Below are positions 29,634-37,521 of a DNA stretch of 64,000 nucleotides, in pieces. Both the position numbers and the translations under genes were made by a program. Under the pieces are notes generated by a model that was not told where the DNA came from, made no database searches, and saw only the letters and a program-made list of their open reading frames with translations. The number at the start of each line of letters is the position of its first letter. Within the stretch, counting starts at the first letter, position 1. The DNA is from Acinetobacter phage Mokit, in sequence record MW388002.1, one strand, 5' to 3'.

Positions 29634-29651
29634 AAGGCGCCGAAGCGCCTT
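29634..29651 (-). terminator. Hairpin terminator downstream of the gp31-like gene.
   Basis: aaggcgc cgaa gcgcctt. Confidence 0.45.
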
Positions 29652-29665
29652 AATTACTACTGTTA

Positions 29666-29992
29666 TTATTTGTATACACAAGCAATATTTGAAAAATGCG
29701 TAGTGATAAATTTATCATCTCGATCTTTAGCTTCACAAATACCTGCAACTACATCCGGATGAGGAACATTTAATTTTTCACCTAGCGGGAATGGAGTTTT
29801 GTCACCAATTTCAAATAATCCAAATGGAACTGTAGGTCCAATAGCAAAGATTTCACACATATTAGGGATTTCACTTTCCTTTCTAGGAGGCAATAGGAAC
29901 CCAGATGCAGTTTTTTCTGGAGCACCAGCAGATTTTGCAACAGCTTTAAGAATTACATGTGAACCTAATGCAACGATTTTATGTTGAGACAT
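29666..29992 (-). CDS. 31: Co-chaperonin (GroES-like), gp31-like.
   Basis: 108 aa against T4 gp31 at 111 aa. Positioned between the 30.x block and cd as in T4. Confidence 0.5.
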   Translation of the reverse strand: MSQHKIVALGSHVILKAVAKSAGAPEKTASGFLLPPRKESEIPNMCEIFAIGPTVPFGLFEIGDKTPFPLGEKLNVPHPDVVAGICEAKDRDDKFITTHFSNIACVYK

Positions 29993-29994
29993 TT

Positions 29995-30369
29995 TTATTC
30001 CTCTTCAAGATTAATTTGAGCATGCTTTAATAATGTATTGATATTTATACCATCAATACCAATTACATTATCAAGAGAGAACGAACGCCAATCATTTAAT
30101 TCAATGTCGTAGACCGGCAAAGATGTTTTTACACTTTCGTCAATAACTCGAACAGAAGTTTCATCAAATGCATCACCGAGTTTTTGAGCTAGCACTCCTG
30201 GATCAAGAGTACCTTGAATAACTCTGATGTCACCATTTTTCTTTTGAAAAACGATTTGATGTGTTCCACTATGTAATACTGTTGCAATATGAGAGTGAAG
30301 TTTTCTATACCCAAGTTGGGTCAAATTTAAACTCATTGTAAACCTCCATAATTTACGATATTTGTCCAA
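29995..30369 (-). CDS. Hypothetical protein, 31.1/31.2-like by position.
   Basis: ORF only. Confidence 0.4.
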   Translation of the reverse strand: MDKYRKLWRFTMSLNLTQLGYRKLHSHIATVLHSGTHQIVFQKKNGDIRVIQGTLDPGVLAQKLGDAFDETSVRVIDESVKTSLPVYDIELNDWRSFSLDNVIGIDGININTLLKHAQINLEEE

Positions 30370-30884
30370 TCAAGATTCTTTAACGCTTGCTTGTTGATTT
30401 GAAAGACTTTAATTCCTGCAGCTTCGAGTATTTTTTCCCAACCTTCGATGTTGCGATCATATGTCTCTGAGTAGACCAGTTGTTTAATGCCACTGTTGGC
30501 AATAGCTTTTGCGCAATCAGGACACGGGCTAAGAGTGACGTACATTGTCGCACCGTCAATTGACGTTCCATTTTTTGCTGCGTATAAGATTGCATTAAGT
30601 TCTGCATGAATCTCATTAATTGCAGACCAGGTGCTGTGCGAGACACGACATTCACTTTTAAGTAAGACTGTGTTGTTGTGTGGAGGGACCGGATTGTATC
30701 GGTTAGTTGTCCATCCTTCTTGTTCGGCATGATCACAGCAATTTACTCCTCCGGCAGGTGAGCCGTTATATCCAGTTGAAATAATACGTCCATTTTTGGC
30801 AATAACTGCACCAACTTTCCAAGATACACATTTAGATTCTTGTGAAACTAAATAAGCGATTTGCATAAACGTAGTAGCTTTCAT
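30333..30884 (-). CDS. cd: dCMP deaminase.
   Basis: CDHAEQ ... PCPDCAKAI zinc-binding motifs. Confidence 0.85.
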   Translation of the reverse strand: MKATTFMQIAYLVSQESKCVSWKVGAVIAKNGRIISTGYNGSPAGGVNCCDHAEQEGWTTNRYNPVPPHNNTVLLKSECRVSHSTWSAINEIHAELNAILYAAKNGTSIDGATMYVTLSPCPDCAKAIANSGIKQLVYSETYDRNIEGWEKILEAAGIKVFQINKQALKNLDWTNIVNYGGLQ

Positions 30885-30935
30885 ATCATTACCTCGAGTA
30901 TAAGGTTATTATATTTCAAATATCCCTATAGCAGT

Positions 30936-31250
30936 TTAGCCTAAACAAATGTATCGAGTATTGCGAGTTTGTACTACGCTAAATTCGCCATCAATACTAT
31001 CAATTGATTTTACTAATGAAGTTCGAACTACATCGCCAGGTGCAAATCGTTCATCGCGATCAAAAAAGATTCGTCCACCGAAAGAAAAACCTGGTGTCAC
31101 AAATAAAAATGCATTACAATTATGTTCTTGCATATATTTTTTACATCGCCCGTCTTCTTCAAGCAACACTTCAATTTTGCTTGCCTCTTCCTTTGGCATA
31201 ATAGCGTTATGCATAACATGAATGTCTTTGATTTTTTGATAAAGGTTCAT
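30936..31250 (-). CDS. Hypothetical protein.
   Basis: ORF only. Confidence 0.4.
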   Translation of the reverse strand: MNLYQKIKDIHVMHNAIMPKEEASKIEVLLEEDGRCKKYMQEHNCNAFLFVTPGFSFGGRIFFDRDERFAPGDVVRTSLVKSIDSIDGEFSVVQTRNTRYICLG

Positions 31251-31810
31251 TGTATTTCCTCGACATGGTGTACGTAATATTGACCAGCAGAAGCTTTAAG
31301 AAATTTCTTGATTGCTTCAACTGCTGAAGTTGCATAAAATTCATCTTGTGGTGGATATTTTAGCTTAGTGTCATGAGTATACCAAATTTGATATTTTTTA
31401 ATATACCCAAAATGAATTAAAGCATCGCGATTATATTTACCAAATGTGCCTTCCATTAGCTTATCAGCAGTAACCCATTCTACTAAACCTGTTTCAGATT
31501 CAGCTAAAGGCTGGTAAGGTTCTTTCATGCTTGATGGAATTGCATGAAATGTGCTAACTTCGAAATCGCCATCAATTGCAACATATGGATCACTTAAGTC
31601 AAGAACTGTAGGCCAGATGCCAGTCTCTTCAAGGCATTCACGTTTTGCACCTTCAACAATTGTTTCGCCTAAGTCGATTTTGCCGCCAGGCAGTCCAAAA
31701 TCAGTTAGGTCATCCTTGCGACTAACCGCAAGGAATTTTCCATTATTTTCAATAAGTATACATGCGGCATAACGCATATCAAAACTCCCCGAATTGCACT
31801 TGAGCTGCAT
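31247..31810 (-). CDS. Nudix hydrolase.
   Basis: Nudix box GGKIDLGETIVEGAKRECLEETGI. Confidence 0.8.
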   Translation of the reverse strand: MQLKCNSGSFDMRYAACILIENNGKFLAVSRKDDLTDFGLPGGKIDLGETIVEGAKRECLEETGIWPTVLDLSDPYVAIDGDFEVSTFHAIPSSMKEPYQPLAESETGLVEWVTADKLMEGTFGKYNRDALIHFGYIKKYQIWYTHDTKLKYPPQDEFYATSAVEAIKKFLKASAGQYYVHHVEEIQ

Positions 31811-32711
31811 TTACACCAATTCGTCGCCAAAGTTCAATGACGCGATCGCGGTCGTCAAAAGCGCATTCAACATTATAGTTGTCCGCAATATGAGTCCAGA
31901 AGATTTCTTCCTTAGTAATATCATCTTTGCGACGATCATCGTGAGCTCGCATGTACAAGTTGTCCCATGGGATTGCATTATACGACAACCAATCTGCAGT
32001 CATGTTATAGTACTTTAGATTATCATCTTTGGTACCAGCATTACGCCCAGATACACAGAGAATTTTATAGCCGTTTTGTTTGTACATTTTAAGAATATTA
32101 ACCACGAATTCTACTGGAGTATCTTTATCGAGTTTCCAGTATGCAAATGCATCACGATGATCATTATTGGCTAATGTGCCATCAAGATCAAAAATGACCG
32201 CCTTTGGTAATTCAGGATTTGGCACATATTGGCGATGCTTTCCTAAGTACTTTTGCATTCGTAAATACATGTCACGAAGTACTGGTTTTGGAACTGCTTT
32301 GATCCCACGAGTCAAGTTACGTTTTTCGAGTTCTACCCATGATTCATCAAATGGTTTTTCTTCATATGTAATTTTGCCATCATGGTGCTCTTGTTCTTTA
32401 ATCAAGAAATTATAGATTGTCTTGCGTGTTGATTCATTTAGGTTTGTATCTGCGATAATAATGCGATCTGTAACTTTGTCTGCTAACGCAAGTTTTAAAG
32501 TGTGCATTAAGGATTGAGTTACTAGTGCTTCATTTTCACGTGAGTATTTGTATTTACCACCAAATAATAGTGCTCGCATATCATCACGCGTTAATGTGAT
32601 AGTTTTATTACCCTTTCGAGACTTTTCAACTTGTTCTAAGGCCCAAGTTGATTTGCCAGAACCAGGCGCGCCTACAGTTAAAATTACTTTCTTGTCCATT
32701 ATCGGCTCCAT
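31779..32711 (-). CDS. pseT: Polynucleotide 5'-kinase / 3'-phosphatase.
   Basis: P-loop GAPGSGKST and HAD motif VIFDLDGTLA. 310 aa against T4 at 301 aa. Confidence 0.9.
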   Translation of the reverse strand: MEPIMDKKVILTVGAPGSGKSTWALEQVEKSRKGNKTITLTRDDMRALLFGGKYKYSRENEALVTQSLMHTLKLALADKVTDRIIIADTNLNESTRKTIYNFLIKEQEHHDGKITYEEKPFDESWVELEKRNLTRGIKAVPKPVLRDMYLRMQKYLGKHRQYVPNPELPKAVIFDLDGTLANNDHRDAFAYWKLDKDTPVEFVVNILKMYKQNGYKILCVSGRNAGTKDDNLKYYNMTADWLSYNAIPWDNLYMRAHDDRRKDDITKEEIFWTHIADNYNVECAFDDRDRVIELWRRIGVNAAQVQFGEF

Positions 32712-33013
32712 TCAATGTGTAAAAGGGCTTGAGTTATGTATGCATCATATCCGATTTCACGAAGTGCGGCAATTACTGAATTTTGCACTTCATTTGGGGT
32801 CAGAGTTGAGCGATGAAGCTCGATGATATTTCGTGCAATAATTATTGCATTGACTCGTACATGCCATTCGCCTTTTTCAGTGCGATGAGTAATCGACTTA
32901 TCAATTTCTTCAAGTACAAGTTTAGTCAATTTAGTTAGCTCTAGTTTAATAGAGGTTTGTGCTTCTTTTGTTAGTTTAGCACGTTCTTCTGCAGTAATCA
33001 TTACACCCACCAT
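32699..33013 (-). CDS. Hypothetical protein, pseT.x-like by position.
   Basis: ORF only. Confidence 0.4.
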   Translation of the reverse strand: MVGVMITAEERAKLTKEAQTSIKLELTKLTKLVLEEIDKSITHRTEKGEWHVRVNAIIIARNIIELHRSTLTPNEVQNSVIAALREIGYDAYITQALLHIEWSR

Positions 33014-33321
33014 ATTTTAAGTTGTTTGTATTCATCATCGACTGCAATTTTGAAGCCATTATTAGAAAACATGTTAATCAATAAACGACGCCTAAAGTCA
33101 CAGATTTCCTGTTCAGTTTGTGTAAATGTAACTAAAGTCTCTACATCACCAAACATGTACATTGGTAATTCAGATTGCCGTAGAATTAAATATGAACGCC
33201 CGTTGTACGCTGCTGCGTCACATAACTTATACAGTACAGAATAATCTTCACTTACAACTGAATGATTGTTCACAGGATTCCAAAATCCTTGATATGTACG
33301 TAGTACTTGATTTACTTTCAT
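33001..33321 (-). CDS. Hypothetical protein.
   Basis: ORF only. Confidence 0.4.
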   Translation of the reverse strand: MKVNQVLRTYQGFWNPVNNHSVVSEDYSVLYKLCDAAAYNGRSYLILRQSELPMYMFGDVETLVTFTQTEQEICDFRRRLLINMFSNNGFKIAVDDEYKQLKIWWV

Positions 33322-33498
33322 GATTTTCTCACACAGGTATAAGTGGCTTTAGATACAAATTTCTTTGTATGTTCATCTTTAAATTGTTCGCCTGCTATTT
33401 GGCAAATCTGTTGGCTCTTGAATCCATCAATAGTAAGAGTAGTCTTATCATCAGTGAACCAACCAAATGTAGTAATAGTCAAAAGTAATACATACATG

Positions 33499-33984
33499 TT
33501 ATTTACCTGCTAGTAATTCGATCAATTGTGCAGCTTCTTCAAGATCAAGGTTACTAAATAATGCATGACGCTTAGAAGATGATTGGCGAGCTTCACGCTC
33601 CGCTAATTGAACAATTTCATCAAAGTCTAATTCTTTGTGAGTTACGCCCATACGAATTTTAGGAGTTGCTCCACAAATAATGTAAAATTTTGATCCATTT
33701 AAATGAACATTAGGCTGAGTTTCATTAATGAAAACATGAGCATTTTTCAAACGAGATTCTAGGAAACGCTTTGCTTCACGGATATTGTCATTAAGCATCA
33801 ACCCATCATGGAATTTTTTACGTTCCTTTTTATCTGCAAGAGTTTGTCGTTTTAACACTTCTTTGCGAAGATCAGCAAAATATCCAACGCGTTTGCCGTC
33901 TTTAAAAACACTACACCAATCCTTGGAATCACCAAACATTTCAACTAAGACATCTTCAGTTAATGTATGTACGGTGTGTTTCAT
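33499..33984 (-). CDS. Hypothetical protein in the alc (host transcription shut-off) position.
   Basis: 161 aa against T4 Alc at 167 aa, between the pseT block and rnlA. The sequence was not recognised. Confidence 0.3.
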   Translation of the reverse strand: MKHTVHTLTEDVLVEMFGDSKDWCSVFKDGKRVGYFADLRKEVLKRQTLADKKERKKFHDGLMLNDNIREAKRFLESRLKNAHVFINETQPNVHLNGSKFYIICGATPKIRMGVTHKELDFDEIVQLAEREARQSSSKRHALFSNLDLEEAAQLIELLAGK

Positions 33985-34050
33985 ATTAATTTCCTCATTC
34001 TACAATATTTTTGATAAGACCATTATATCAATAGTCTTATCAAAAGTAAA

Positions 34051-34287
34051 CTACTTATTGAAAAAATTTAATGCGATTTTATCAAATCCTATGAACTCTA
34101 ATTTCTTAAGAGATGACAAATCCGGCAAAGGGTTTTTGATGCGATTTAACTCATTTTTAACTCGATAAAATTTAAGCTTCCCACAGAACACATCATATTT
34201 CAATTTAGAAATCGCCTTAGCCTGTTGACGATTTCTACGAAATAGAGCACCTAGTAAAACAATGAGTAGTATTACTATGCCAATCAT
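34051..34287 (-). CDS. Small protein with one N-terminal transmembrane helix.
   Basis: MIGIVILLIVLLGALF followed by a basic stretch. Confidence 0.35.
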   Translation of the reverse strand: MIGIVILLIVLLGALFRRNRQQAKAISKLKYDVFCGKLKFYRVKNELNRIKNPLPDLSSLKKLEFIGFDKIALNFFNK

Positions 34288-35435
34288 TATGACTCCATAG
34301 AAAACTCGCTGAGTTTATATCGATCGGTATTTTTCATAAAGACTTTATTAATTTCTTTGACTAAATCGTCTTGTGACATTGTGCCACTGAAGTTTGCCAT
34401 AGAAATTCCAAATAATTCTGGCTTCCCAAGCGCCTGGAATTTTGCTTGCGAATTAATTGCAAATGTTTTACGATCAGAACCTGCAAATTCTTTATGATAC
34501 GCTAATAATTCCTTTAAAGAGTCTCGCAAATAATCAAAGAATATTTTTTCATATGCTTCGATTTTTGATCGCGAGTAGTCATCTTCAAATAATGATTTCA
34601 AATCATCTGAACCGCCGGCTACAATTACACCAAATAAGTCTTTATCGTTATTGATTGTATCTTTAACACGATGAAGATTTGAATACCATGCTGTCTTCAG
34701 TTTAAATGTGAGACCGTCTTCCATTACGAACACATAGCCTTCAATATTTTCAGAAGCACGAATTTCTTCAACCATTGCAGCACGATCCGAACCTTCGGCT
34801 AGTGGGAAGCCTTCTACTAAATATTTGCGAAGCACAGGATCACGTTTCAATTCTGAATATGGGACATATTTGCCTGTTTCATTATTGCGTACGTTTAGTA
34901 GTACTAACGCTCGTTTAGGATAAGCAATTACAATACGATTGCCCGGCGAAACATATTCAAAATTACAAGTATACCCTTCATTGGCAAGTTCGAGGCAGCG
35001 ATCATGCAAATCGACATGGTCAATATTAGACAATAACATTTGTGCTTCAATTGCTTGTGTAGAGAAAATTGATGCTTTTGATTTAGTACGTAAATATCCA
35101 CGATCCGTATATGTTGATACTAATGATCCGTCTTCCTTTACCATGCCATATGCAATTTTAGATAAATCAAGATTTTGTGTAAATGGTGTTTCATCTAAGT
35201 TAAAGAATTTTTCCATTGGGCGTGACATGATACGAACCGGAGTCTCACCGTCCATTTCAAACATGATGCCACGTGCTTCTAGTGCATCTTCGTTTAACCA
35301 ATCGGAGTATGATGCATAGTTATATGAAAAGATTCGCACTGAAGTGCCTATTGGCGTAACGAAGTCTTTATAAAAGAATTTTGAGAAATCTTCTGGATCA
35401 ACTAACGCCATTAGATTTTTGAAAAGTTTGTCCAT
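34287..35435 (-). CDS. rnlA: RNA ligase 1.
   Basis: The N-terminus is very close to T4 Rnl1 (FYKDFVTPIGTSVRIFSYNYASYSDW...RGIMFEMDGE). Adenylation Lys lies in the KEDG motif. Confidence 0.9.
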   Translation of the reverse strand: MDKLFKNLMALVDPEDFSKFFYKDFVTPIGTSVRIFSYNYASYSDWLNEDALEARGIMFEMDGETPVRIMSRPMEKFFNLDETPFTQNLDLSKIAYGMVKEDGSLVSTYTDRGYLRTKSKASIFSTQAIEAQMLLSNIDHVDLHDRCLELANEGYTCNFEYVSPGNRIVIAYPKRALVLLNVRNNETGKYVPYSELKRDPVLRKYLVEGFPLAEGSDRAAMVEEIRASENIEGYVFVMEDGLTFKLKTAWYSNLHRVKDTINNDKDLFGVIVAGGSDDLKSLFEDDYSRSKIEAYEKIFFDYLRDSLKELLAYHKEFAGSDRKTFAINSQAKFQALGKPELFGISMANFSGTMSQDDLVKEINKVFMKNTDRYKLSEFSMES

Positions 35436-35534
35436 GGTAATCTCCTAGTTTATAGTGCCATTATACTATTAGAAAATAGAAAGCACTGTTGAGTAGTGGC
35501 AAAGCCACGTTTCTATTTTCTTTAATCAAAAAGA

Positions 35535-35553
35535 AAGGAGCACTAAGCTCCTT
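35535..35553 (-). terminator. Terminator downstream of nrdB.
   Basis: aaggagc actaa gctcctt followed by a T-run on the minus strand. Confidence 0.5.
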
Positions 35554-35727
35554 ATAATCAAATGCATCTGCAGCAGACTGGTCCGGGAACCGGACCAGAT
35601 AACCAACGTAATAACAAATAACGTTGTTATTTATAACTTTTTGAAGTGGCACTCTAGAAAATTACTTCAAATATCAATAACTTAGAGTGCCATAGTTACA
35701 AATCTATTAATATTTTTGTAACTAGGA

Positions 35728-36879
35728 TTACTTACGCTTAGGTAAATATTTCTCTCTAAATTGTGCAATAATATTATCATCAACATCATTGTCAATTTGT
35801 GAAATTAAGTAAGAACTTAATTCTGCCTCTTGTTTTGCAACTTGGACAGACGATGCCATTAAGTATTTGTTTACCCAAGGCAGAGGGTGTCGTTTAGGGC
35901 GTTCGATAGGACAAGTTAGTCCTACATTATTCATCGCCGGTACTAATTGGTAGTCAATGAAATCCCAAACTAATTCAACGGTTAAGCCATCTGGGCACCC
36001 ATTACGATAAACATATGAAGCCCAAGCACGTTCTTGATTGCGAACTTCAATGAATAACTGTTCTGCATCATCTTTACATTCAAGCGCAATTTCGCGCCAT
36101 TCTGTACCATCGATGCCTTTATTCATTTGTTGAAGAATATAACGTGTACCTTGGTGGTGCAAGTTCTCATCTCGTGCAATGAATTGCATGATTTTCATGT
36201 TACCTTCCATGATTTTCATGTTTTCAAAGAAGTTCCAAGTTGAGATGAATGAAACATAAAACCGAATAGCTTCAAGAGCATTGATTGCATGAAGACACAT
36301 GTATAATGCTTTCTTAACTTCACGTAACTGGCCTGGGCGTACTTGATCACGAATTTTGTCAGCTTGATATAAAATTACTAATTCGTGTAATTTGTCATAT
36401 CGTTCACAAATTGCTGTAGCACGAGCCATAATTTCTTTATTAGCAACAACACCATCAAAGATTTTAGAAGGATCAGAGTACAAATTACGAATAATATGAG
36501 TATATGAACGAGAGTGAATTGTTTCACTAAATGTCCATGTCATAATCCATGTTTCTAATGCAACATCAGAACATATTGATGCTAAAACAATCGCAGGTGC
36601 TCTTCCTTGTACCGAATCCATAAGGATTTGATAACCTAAATTGTTTGTAAAGATTTCTTGCAGGTAACCTCTGCCTGACTCCCAGAGTTTATCAAATTGG
36701 GCTTTGTCGGTGGTTAGATTTACCTCTTCAGGACGCCAAAATTGAGCAAGTTGTTTTGTCGTTAGTTCTTCAAACTTTTCATGTTTTACTACTTCGTATC
36801 TTGCAACACCTGTAGAATCGCCAAAGAACATAGGCTGATCGATATTAAATTCAGCTTGGTTGAAAATAGTATTACTCAT
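35728..36879 (-). CDS. nrdB: Ribonucleotide reductase small subunit.
   Basis: Ferritin-like diiron motifs. 383 aa against T4 NrdB at 388 aa. No intron is apparent. Confidence 0.9.
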   Translation of the reverse strand: MSNTIFNQAEFNIDQPMFFGDSTGVARYEVVKHEKFEELTTKQLAQFWRPEEVNLTTDKAQFDKLWESGRGYLQEIFTNNLGYQILMDSVQGRAPAIVLASICSDVALETWIMTWTFSETIHSRSYTHIIRNLYSDPSKIFDGVVANKEIMARATAICERYDKLHELVILYQADKIRDQVRPGQLREVKKALYMCLHAINALEAIRFYVSFISTWNFFENMKIMEGNMKIMQFIARDENLHHQGTRYILQQMNKGIDGTEWREIALECKDDAEQLFIEVRNQERAWASYVYRNGCPDGLTVELVWDFIDYQLVPAMNNVGLTCPIERPKRHPLPWVNKYLMASSVQVAKQEAELSSYLISQIDNDVDDNIIAQFREKYLPKRK

Positions 36880-37512
36880 TTAATTTACCTTAAATTTACA
36901 GTTGTCATAGTGCCAACGAAGAGCATTGCCTTTGTTAACTTTCTTTCCACAGTGCGGACATGCTGGAAAATCTGTAGCAGCTTTAGTCCTTTCAGATATT
37001 AATGCTCTAGACTTATCAGAGTGTGGAATGTCCCTAGTAGGAGATATTGTACCATACATTGGGTTTAAAGCGCCAACTTTAGATAGTGAAATGTTCTTAG
37101 CATGCTCTTTGGTTTTTGGTTTTCGCATTCGTTCGATTGTATCTTCTGACAAACGTTTACCCTTTGACCCAGCACTTATGGCTTTACGATGTTCATCACT
37201 CAACGGTACGCCAGTCCGAGCTTCAGATATTAGACGTTTGCCTAACTCATAATCTCGTGATGAAACTTTAATATTTTTACGTGTATGAGACATCATTGCA
37301 AATGCAAATTGTAATGATCTAGATGTAGGATTAATTGCATATAGCAATTTATGCGCAATGAAATGCTCACGTGGAGTTAAAAATACAAGATTTTCTCTTT
37401 CATCTGAACCGCCTAATGAACGTGGAAGGATATGATGCCATTCACCGTATCCTTCCAAATTGCGAGAAACGGCTCTAGAAATAAGTTGATCATATATTCT
37501 AGAGTAGTTCAT
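36880..37512 (-). CDS. HNH homing endonuclease, MobE-like by position.
   Basis: HNH motif EWHHILPRSLGG...N...H. Repeated basic DNA-binding modules and a C-terminal CPHC...C zinc finger. It lies between nrdA and nrdB like T4 mobE. Confidence 0.7.
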   Translation of the reverse strand: MNYSRIYDQLISRAVSRNLEGYGEWHHILPRSLGGSDERENLVFLTPREHFIAHKLLYAINPTSRSLQFAFAMMSHTRKNIKVSSRDYELGKRLISEARTGVPLSDEHRKAISAGSKGKRLSEDTIERMRKPKTKEHAKNISLSKVGALNPMYGTISPTRDIPHSDKSRALISERTKAATDFPACPHCGKKVNKGNALRWHYDNCKFKVN

Positions 37513-37521
37513 TGCAACACC

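Noticed and set aside
30380-30736. 118-aa ORF on the minus strand.
   Set aside because: It lies entirely inside the dCMP deaminase gene in another frame, so it is a spurious overlap.
35461-35652. 63-aa minus-strand ORF in the nrdB-rnlA spacer.
   Set aside because: It runs across several perfect hairpins and a terminator, is low complexity, and has no SD-like context. It is more likely non-coding structured sequence.
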